Part shown: positions 24,924-32,000 of the stretch, one piece after another
Position numbering within the stretch: position 1 is the first letter of the stretch
Layout: every line of letters begins with the position of its first letter
Assembly (NCBI RefSeq): GCF_002075285.3
Contig: NZ_CP021983.2
Span: 4,710,001 to 4,742,000 of the forward strand
DNA: 32,000 nt
Direction: 5' to 3'
Source: Halomicronema hongdechloris C2206
Lineage (GTDB): Bacteria; Cyanobacteriota; Cyanobacteriia; Phormidesmidales; Phormidesmidaceae
The notes under the pieces: model-generated
The model's input: only the letters and a program-made list of their open reading frames with translations
Database searches by the model: none
Told to the model about the DNA's origin: nothing
Made by a program: the position numbers and the translations under genes

Positions 24924-25222
24924 ATGTCCAAAGGATTTGCTCCCTCAGTGGCTTCTGCCCCATCAGCGACCGCCCAAAAGCTGCGACAGAGCTTTATTGA
25001 GCGGTTTGAGGCTCTCGAAGATCCTCGGGTGAAACGGCAGCCCGAGCACTTGCTCGTCGATATTGTGGCCATCGCGATTCTGGCGGTGCTCTCAGGAGCC
25101 AATGACATGGTGGCCGTTGCAACCTATGGCAAAGCCAAGCAATCGTGGCTGGAGACGTTTTTGGCGTTGCCGAATGGCATTCCCTCGCATGATACCTTCT
25201 CCAGGGTCTTAGCCCTAGTAGA
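24924..25222 (+). pseudogene. ISAs1-family (H-repeat-associated) transposase, N-terminal fragment only
   Basis: F..L.DPR..R...H.L.DIVAIAILAVLSGANDMVAVATYGKAKQSWLETFLALPNGIPSHDTFSRV is the N-terminal domain typical of ISAs1 transposases. The DDE part is absent, and the sequence breaks where the IS66-type gene begins. Confidence 0.7.
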
Positions 25223-25224
25223 CC

Positions 25225-26748
25225 ATGAGCGAAACCATCACCATTGCCGGAATTGAAATTCCCAAAGCCGATTGGGATGCAACCCCTGCCAGTGTGCAAG
25301 CCGTGGTGATGGTGTTGAGTGAGCGTCTTGCGCACATTGAAGAGCAACTCAAGCAAAATTCGAGAAATTCATCCCGTCCCCCCTCCAGCGATACCTTGAG
25401 TCAGCGCCAAGCGAAACCAGAAGAGCCATCATCGAGCAAGCGCCGCGAGTCTAAGCGCTCACAAGGAGCCCAAGGAAAGAAGGGGCATCAAGGATTTGGC
25501 TTTTATCCGGTCGAGGCGGCTCATCTGCATCATCATATTCCTGAGAGATGTCGCCATTGTGGTGAAGGACTGAGTGGGGTGGATGAGCAGCCTCATCGGC
25601 ATCAGGTAGTGGATGTGCCGCCCTTGAGCTTGCAGGTGGAGGAGCATCAACTGCACCAATTAACCTGCGAGTGCTGTGGCAAAACGACCCGAGGCCAATT
25701 CCCCCCAGAGGTCCCCACCACAGGCTACGGAGACCGATTGGTGAGCCTAGTCGGACTGTTGAGTAGTGGGGAGTATCGCCAAAGTCACAGCATGGCTCAG
25801 TCGTTGCTGTCGGTTGTGTTTGGCCTGGAGCTATCGCGTAGCAGTATTCATCGCATGCGCACTCAAGTGAGCGCAGCGGTGTCAGCCCCTGTTGCAGCGG
25901 CTCATGAGTATGTGCAGTCGCAGGCATCGGTGCATAGCGATGAGACGGGATTTCCGCAACGCAACCGCGATGGGGCCAATCCGCAGGGACGCAAAGGCTG
26001 GCTATGGGTGTTGTGTGCACCCTGGGTGATGGTGTTTTGGGTGTCGTTGCAACGCTCCCAACAGGCAGCAAAAGACCTCATAGGTGAGGGATTTACCGGG
26101 ATTGTTCACTCAGATCGATACAGTGCGTATAATCGGTTGCCCATCCATCAACGGCAGGTGTGTTGGGCGCATCTGAAGCGGGATTTAACCCAAATTGCCG
26201 AACGCAGTGGGGTATCCCAAGCGATTGGCACCGCCTTGTTAGCCCGTCAACGACGCTTATTTCGCTGGTGGCATCGGGTGCGGGATGGCACGATGATCCG
26301 TGAGCAATTAGGTGAAGCGGTGGCGCACTTGCGGGCCGGGTTCAAGGCGGAGTTGGAATCGGCCTGTGCCTTACCGATTGGGGCGAACGAAACGAGTGCC
26401 TTAGCCAAAAGTGTCAGCACCTTGCGTGAGATACTCAAGGTGGAGGATGCCCTCTGGACATTTGTGGATACCCCGGGAGTTGAGCCGACCAATAACACCG
26501 CCGAGCGGGCCTTGCGGTCTGGGGTGATTTGGCGGCGCACCACTCAAGGGTCTCAATCAACAGCGGGCAGTGAGTTTGTGGGTCGGATTTTGACGGTAAC
26601 CACCTCCCTCAAGGCTCAGGAGCGCAATGCTTGGGATTACTTGACTCAGGCGCTGCGAGCCCAGCGATTAGGTTTGCCTGCGCCATCCCTGTTACCCCTT
26701 CCTAAACCGCAAGACTTGCCTATGCCGTTAGCGTTGCCCCAAGCCTAA
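25225..26748 (+). mobile_element. IS66-family transposase gene (single-ORF type)
   Basis: 507 aa. It has an N-terminal leucine-zipper/Ser-Pro-rich region (NSSRPPSSD), a Zn-finger (CRHCGEGL...CECCGKT) and a DDE region (HSDETG..., YSAYN, CWAHLKRD). No tnpA/tnpB-like accessory ORFs lie upstream. I could not define the IS ends. Confidence 0.85.
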
Positions 26749-26928
26749 AACCTGATGACTGCCTGAGACGCTGAAACAGTTATCTTATAACAGAGGGTCG
26801 TAGAAACTCAGCCTCCTCAAAGAGGTCTATAGCGGACACCGGCGGAGGACAGTAGTCCTCTATACTAAACTGAAAGGCGAACATCCGTTCACCTTAGCAA
26901 TATTGTTTGACGATATTTTCAAGTGTCC

Positions 26929-27180
26929 ATGGCTGACATTCAAACCTGTCCCATCTGTGGGGTCAAGATCATGGTGGGCATTGTCGGAGGAGATCGCGTC
27001 TTATTTTCAGCCGGTCCCCCTGGAACCCGCTCTAAGCTATATGCCAGGGTTTGTCGCTATGTAGATAAACCCAGTTGCATTAACCGCCAAGCTGCCTCCC
27101 AAACACCGCAACCAGACGACTTCTACAGGCATGACCAACCCCCTTCACAGGAAACACCTTCACAAGAAACAGAATTGTAG
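26929..27180 (+). CDS. hypothetical small protein with a CxxC...C...C pattern (possible zinc ribbon)
   Basis: The ORF is open from 26923 (GTG), with ATG at 26929. It has CPICG ... CRYVDKPSC. The tail is Pro/Gln/Ser-rich and low in complexity. Confidence 0.5.
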   Translation: MADIQTCPICGVKIMVGIVGGDRVLFSAGPPGTRSKLYARVCRYVDKPSCINRQAASQTPQPDDFYRHDQPPSQETPSQETEL

Positions 27181-27412
27181 CCGACCTGATAACCTCAGCA
27201 ACCTCAGGAAATTTTCGGCGAAGTTGTCGCTAGTCTTCATGGCTGTAGTCAGAAAGTGGGCCATAATGGCACAGACAACTGGCCTTAGAGTGTTCCAGCT
27301 AAATACTCATCCAAGGGCTGGCTGAACCGGCCAGATAGGCTGAGTTCAATCGCCTAGATCAGGATATTTTTTTGAGATGGAATACTCTTAGACATTACTA
27401 GCGATTACATCG

Positions 27413-27850
27413 ATGAAACTGACTCGACTTTCTCTGTGTTTTCCCATCGCTGCTCTCACAGTGGGAATCAGCACGTTTGGGGCCCATGCCCAAACGGCCC
27501 TTTACAACCCTGTTGAGATGCCAGCCAGCCGTGAAATTACCGATACTCTTACAGAAAACGATATTCCCACGGGCTTTGGCGGATTTGCCCGCGATTACAC
27601 CGTGTACCTAGAAGATGGTGACCAGGTAGCCATTGATGTCATTTCTGAGGAGTTTGATACCCTCGTTACCTTGATGGATGCCAATGGCAACACCGTTGGT
27701 GAAAATGATGACGGTCCCGATGGCACCACTAACTCTCTGCTGTTTGCTCGGATTACAGAGACAGGAACTTACACGGTACGGGTACGGGCCTATGCCGGAC
27801 AGGGTACCGGCGAATTTTACCTGAAAGTGGCCAGACTGCGAGAAATTTAA
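27413..27850 (+). CDS. secreted protein with a bacterial pre-peptidase C-terminal (PPC)-like domain
   Basis: 145 aa. It has a signal peptide (MKLTRLSLCFPIAALTVGISTFGAHA). The pattern Y.V.L..GD.V.ID..S..FD..V.L.D.NG......DDG...TNS.L......GTYT.RV is typical of PPC domains. Confidence 0.7.
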   Translation: MKLTRLSLCFPIAALTVGISTFGAHAQTALYNPVEMPASREITDTLTENDIPTGFGGFARDYTVYLEDGDQVAIDVISEEFDTLVTLMDANGNTVGENDDGPDGTTNSLLFARITETGTYTVRVRAYAGQGTGEFYLKVARLREI

Positions 27851-28014
27851 GTAGGTAGCACGGGGTATCTCGGACACTCAGACATGGGGGACGAGATACC
27901 TCGCTGCACTGAGAGCGGCGTAAAAATTTATCTTGCTATGGGCTCACTCAGTTTGCTACCTTAATTAAGCATCAAATTAAACTTAACCCAGGTCCAGACC
28001 TGGAATCAGTACGA

Positions 28015-28087
<73 letters not shown>

Positions 28088-28232
28088 TCGTTTCAGCCAT
28101 TGAGAATCGATAAGTGAGGCTAATGCTTACCGCTAGAGGTCATGGATACCTATACCTTGGCAGGTAGGGCTATGATTTTGATCCTGCGCTTACATCGCTA
28201 TCGTCTATGATGTCGTGGAAGGACTATCCTGC

Positions 28233-30986
28233 CTAAATCAGAGGTACAAACCATTTCAGGATCAAAGCTGGTAGAGTTACCGGTATACCAGCACCAATAC
28301 ACGATACTGCCTGAATTAGGGTCAAGGGTTGAGTGTCGAACAGGGGGTTGATAGCAGGAACCTGACTAAACAGAATTTGCAAGAGTAAGACGACTCCTAC
28401 GCCAATGGCAGGCATACAAGCCACTTCTTGACCCATGTCTTGAGTAGCTCGTCGCAGTCGAGCCCACAGCGAGGGAATAAATTGACTAATACTCAGCAGG
28501 TAGAAGGTTTCAGCAGCAACCAGGCTATGGACGGCCATGGTACGGGCTAGGGTGAGATTGCTGGTGGCTTGCCAGACCCACTCAAACATGCCAAAGACTG
28601 CTACCAGGTTAAACACCGAAATAATTAGAACCCGCCAGAGCAACCTGCCAGACAGCAATGGTTCATTGGCGGGACGAGGAGGACGCTGCATAGTGCCGGG
28701 TACTTTGGGCTCGAAGGCTAGGGTGGCGCTGAGGGCAACGGAACTGACCATATTCACCCAAAGAATTTGTACCGGTAAAATCGGTAGGGCTGCTGCCACC
28801 AAGACACCCACCAAGATCGTTAAGGCTTCTCCACCGTTAACTGGCAGAATAAATCCGATAGTTTTGAGCAGATTGCCATAGACGGTGCGCCCCTCTTCTA
28901 CCGCGGCTTCAATGGAGGCAAAGTCGTCATCTGTGAGGATCATGTCGGCGGCTTCTTTGGCCACTTCTGTGCCGTTGATGCCCATGGCTACGCCGATGTC
29001 TGCTTGCTTGAGGGCTGGGGCGTCGTTGACTCCATCGCCGGTCATGGCGACAATTTCTCCTTTAGATTGCAGGGATTTCACCAGCCGGAGCTTTTGCTCT
29101 GGCGCCACCCGGGCAAATACGGCGCTAGTTTCCAGGGCGTTGGCTAATTCAGCATCGGCCATGGCTGCCAGTGCTTGGCCGGTGAAGGTGGGAGCATTCA
29201 GGATTTGGTTCAACCCCATCTGGCGGGCGATAGCGGCGGCAGTGAGGGCGTGGTCGCCAGTAATCATTTTCACTTGAATGCCAGCAGACTGGCAGGTCTT
29301 CACGGCGGCGATAGCATCGGCCCGGGGTGGGTCGATCATACCCTGGAGGCCCAAGAAGGTGAGGGTATGGTGTAAATGGTCATGGTCAATATGCTGCTGT
29401 TGAGACGATACTTGCTTGCGAGCCAAGGCCAGTACTCGTAAGCCCTGGTTAGCGAAGGTATGGACTGTTTGCTCAATGGCGACTCGATCTAGCTCGATGG
29501 GGTTACCCTGGTTATCTAGCTGGTGCTGACACCGCTGCAAGACGGCTTCTACGGCCCCTTTCACATAAATGCGATGGCAATCGGGTTGTGCGGTTACCCG
29601 GTGCAGGGTGGCCATGTACTGGAACTGGGATTCAAAAGGAATCGTATCTAATCTGGGAAAGGTCGCTTCCAGGAGAGGTAGGGTTAATCCAGCTTTGTGG
29701 GCCGAGACAATTAGCGCCCCTTCGGTGGGGTCGCCGACAACCGATACTTGACTGTCGTCTGTCTGCAGGTGAGAGTCGTTGCACAACAGGCCACATTGCA
29801 GGCACTCCTGCAGGGGGGGTACCCCATCTAAGCACACTGGCTGGTTGTCTTTGAGGATGGCTCCCTTGGCTCCATAACCTATCCCGCTAACCTGGTAGGT
29901 TTCGCCCCCGGCATAGATCGCCTGAACGGTCATTTGATTTTCGGTGAGGGTGCCGGTTTTATCGGAACAAATCACGGTGGTGCTGCCCAGGGTTTCCACG
30001 GCAGGGAGTTTCCGGATAATGGCATGGCGCTGAGCCATGCGCCCTACCCCAATGGCCAGAGCGACGGTGATGACGGCGGGTAAGCCTTCTGGAATGGCGC
30101 TTACCGCTAGGGCCACTGCTGCTTTAAATCCTGCAGTCCAGCTGCCTTGCTGACCCATGACGATGGTAAACATGCCGGCTGCCAGGGCCAGAATGACGTA
30201 GAGTAGGGTCTTGCTGAAACGATCGACTTTGCGAGTCAGGGGGGTGACCAGCCCGGTGCTATGGGCCATCATCTGGGAGATTTGCCCGGTCTGGGTCTGG
30301 TTGCCAATGGCCACTACAATGCCTCGGGCCTGCCCGCAGGTAACCAGACTGCCGGCATAGGCCATATTATGGCGATCGGCTAAGCCGGTATCAGGGGGCA
30401 GGGGGTCGGTAGATTTCTGGACGGGCACTGATTCGCCAGTGAGGGCGGCTTCACTGACTTGCAGGTTCCGCACCTGAAACAGGCGCAGGTCGGCAGGCAC
30501 TTTGTCGCCAGAGGTTAGCAGGACCAAATCGCCTGGGACCAGATCTCGGGAGTTGAGTCGTTGTTTCTGCCCCTCTCGAATGACGGTGGTTGCAGTGGTG
30601 ACGGCTTGGGCTAGAGTTGCGATCGCATCCTCTGCCTTTGACTCCTGAACAAAGCCGATAGTGGCATTGATCAGAGTAACCGCAAAAATCACCCCAGCAT
30701 CTACCCAGTCTTGCAGAACTAAAGCCACCCCTGCGGCCCCCAGCAAGATATAAATCAGAGGCTGGTGAAACCCCCTCAGAAAGCGAACAAGGGAGCTTTT
30801 CCCACCGTGCCCCTTTAGCTCATTGACCCCATATTGCTCCTGCCGCAGGGCCACTTCTGAGGCTAGTAGCCCAGTATTCAAATCTGTCCTGAGATAGTGG
30901 ACAACATCAATTGCCGAGACTTGATGCCATGGCGGTTCAGATGACGTGGTCGAAGACGAAACAGGCTGACGCATGGGCATTTCCAT
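28233..30986 (-). CDS. P-type cation-transporting ATPase, P2 (Ca2+/PacL-like) type
   Basis: It has DKTGTLT, TGES, MITGD and [10 protein letters not shown] motifs and multiple TM segments. The ORF is open to 31055, but one of the Met codons at 30986, 30980 or 30974 is a more plausible start. Confidence 0.9.
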   Translation of the reverse strand: MEMPMRQPVSSSTTSSEPPWHQVSAIDVVHYLRTDLNTGLLASEVALRQEQYGVNELKGHGGKSSLVRFLRGFHQPLIYILLGAAGVALVLQDWVDAGVIFAVTLINATIGFVQESKAEDAIATLAQAVTTATTVIREGQKQRLNSRDLVPGDLVLLTSGDKVPADLRLFQVRNLQVSEAALTGESVPVQKSTDPLPPDTGLADRHNMAYAGSLVTCGQARGIVVAIGNQTQTGQISQMMAHSTGLVTPLTRKVDRFSKTLLYVILALAAGMFTIVMGQQGSWTAGFKAAVALAVSAIPEGLPAVITVALAIGVGRMAQRHAIIRKLPAVETLGSTTVICSDKTGTLTENQMTVQAIYAGGETYQVSGIGYGAKGAILKDNQPVCLDGVPPLQECLQCGLLCNDSHLQTDDSQVSVVGDPTEGALIVSAHKAGLTLPLLEATFPRLDTIPFESQFQYMATLHRVTAQPDCHRIYVKGAVEAVLQRCQHQLDNQGNPIELDRVAIEQTVHTFANQGLRVLALARKQVSSQQQHIDHDHLHHTLTFLGLQGMIDPPRADAIAAVKTCQSAGIQVKMITGDHALTAAAIARQMGLNQILNAPTFTGQALAAMADAELANALETSAVFARVAPEQKLRLVKSLQSKGEIVAMTGDGVNDAPALKQADIGVAMGINGTEVAKEAADMILTDDDFASIEAAVEEGRTVYGNLLKTIGFILPVNGGEALTILVGVLVAAALPILPVQILWVNMVSSVALSATLAFEPKVPGTMQRPPRPANEPLLSGRLLWRVLIISVFNLVAVFGMFEWVWQATSNLTLARTMAVHSLVAAETFYLLSISQFIPSLWARLRRATQDMGQEVACMPAIGVGVVLLLQILFSQVPAINPLFDTQPLTLIQAVSCIGAGIPVTLPALILKWFVPLI

Positions 30987-31127
30987 ATCGTTTGCTGGAG
31001 AACAGAGCTTTACACGCAATTGTAGGTATTGATTGCCTTGCCCCTTGCAGGTCATCCTGAATCGTGGCAGTAGACCGTGAAGGTATTCTAGAGAAGTATC
31101 TAGTCCAGCGTGGCCTTCAGGATTTCC

Positions 31128-32000
31128 ATGGCTCGTCTCAATAATCGTGCGTTTAATATTCTTGCAGCTGAGGTCCAGCGCCTGTGTGCGTCTAAACCCC
31201 TAGAAAAGGTACGGCAAGATATCGTACTGCGTCGGCTAGAAAAATTTTGCCAGGCGGAAGGGCCACCGGTCACCCTCGATGAGCTCCGAAACACCATCGA
31301 CGATATTTTCCCTGACTTCAGTGAACAGGTGCTGCGCCAGGCCATTAAGGCTAATACTAGAGCGAGTCAGGTTGCCTCAGTGCGACAGAAGCTAGGATGC
31401 CTCACCCAGGCAACCATGGGGACTGCCCTATTGGCAGCAGGAATCTGGGTCTTGAACTTACCCTACCCGATGGTGCGCTGGCCAGTGGCTCGAGTTGCTC
31501 CGATCGTTCTCTTGCCTAGCTACATCCGTATGGATCACGACTACCGTCAGGCGGTTTCTTTGGTAGAGCAGGCGGATCAATTGGTGAATCAAGCTACCAG
31601 CTTCGATGATATTGACCTGGGTGCCGAGAAGGTTACCCAGGCCCAACAGCACTTAGATGGGTTGCCAGTCTGGTTTTTGGGCTATTATCCCAAGGCTTAC
31701 TGCGGCTGGTTTGGTTGCAGCTGGCGCTTTACCTTCGATGAATTTCAGGAAGCCAGGGCTGCCATTGGCCGCATGGAGGCGAAAGTTTTCCAAGAGCAAA
31801 ATGCTCAGGCCCTGCTAGAGGCAGGCACTGAAGAGGTCGATGCCGCCAAACAGGCCTATGAGTCAGCTCCGACAGCAGCAGCTAAAGCCCAGGCCTTGGC
31901 CGCATGGCAAGCAGGTATGGATAAGCTGAATGAAATTCCAGCTGGGACCTACGCAGGCCGCAGTGCCGCCACCAAGCTAGAGGCCTATCGTCGTGACTAT
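31128..32000 (+). CDS. hypothetical protein, 5' partial view (runs off the window end)
   Basis: I read this frame myself: MARLNNRAFNILAAEVQRL...GTALLAAGIWVLNLPYPMV...YYPKAYCGWFGCSWRF.... It stays open for 291 codons to the window edge. It is missing from the ORF track because no stop codon is in view. It runs divergently from the ATPase gene. Confidence 0.7.
   Translation, partial: MARLNNRAFNILAAEVQRLCASKPLEKVRQDIVLRRLEKFCQAEGPPVTLDELRNTIDDIFPDFSEQVLRQAIKANTRASQVASVRQKLGCLTQATMGTALLAAGIWVLNLPYPMVRWPVARVAPIVLLPSYIRMDHDYRQAVSLVEQADQLVNQATSFDDIDLGAEKVTQAQQHLDGLPVWFLGYYPKAYCGWFGCSWRFTFDEFQEARAAIGRMEAKVFQEQNAQALLEAGTEEVDAAKQAYESAPTAAAKAQALAAWQAGMDKLNEIPAGTYAGRSAATKLEAYRRDY

Noticed and set aside
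31100-31652. Minus-strand ORFs 31100..31345 and 31458..31652.
   Set aside because: Both lie antisense within the long + strand frame that stays open from 31128 to the window end, which is the more credible gene.

Overview
The DNA looks cyanobacterial: I counted the HIP1 octamer GCGATCGC 12 times by eye. Housekeeping blocks alternate with mosaic accessory DNA. The housekeeping blocks are about 14.7-21.2 kb (a 3-hydroxyisobutyrate-dehydrogenase-family reductase, YgfZ, cysteine synthase, an AmyA-like alpha-amylase, a PlsC-like acyltransferase) and 28.0-32.0 kb (tRNA-Phe, a P-type ATPase, a partial hypothetical gene). The accessory DNA covers 1-14 kb and 21.2-27.9 kb. It carries IS1-, ISAs1- and IS66-family elements, two copies of an internally deleted RAYT-like element, about 80-bp hairpin repeats, a 95-bp repeat with terminal inverted repeats, and many toxin-antitoxin modules (VapBC, ParDE/RelBE-like, HepT/MntA, BrnT/A-like debris). 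It also holds an ECF42-type sigma factor fused in frame to its DGPF partner, and a DUF4157 zincin-like protein. The most interesting object is a sharply AT-rich, HIP1-free three-gene operon at 2558-5279, wedged between an IS1 remnant and a RAYT-like element. It encodes a GTP cyclohydrolase II homologue whose catalytic Tyr appears replaced by Met, a membrane-anchored TPR-like protein, and a PfkB-family kinase. A 95-bp repeat lies just upstream of its first gene and recurs about 0.6 kb beyond the RAYT-like element. I cannot match this gene trio to any named defence or biosynthetic system and flag it as the candidate novel system. All family assignments come from reading the translations; no searches were run.
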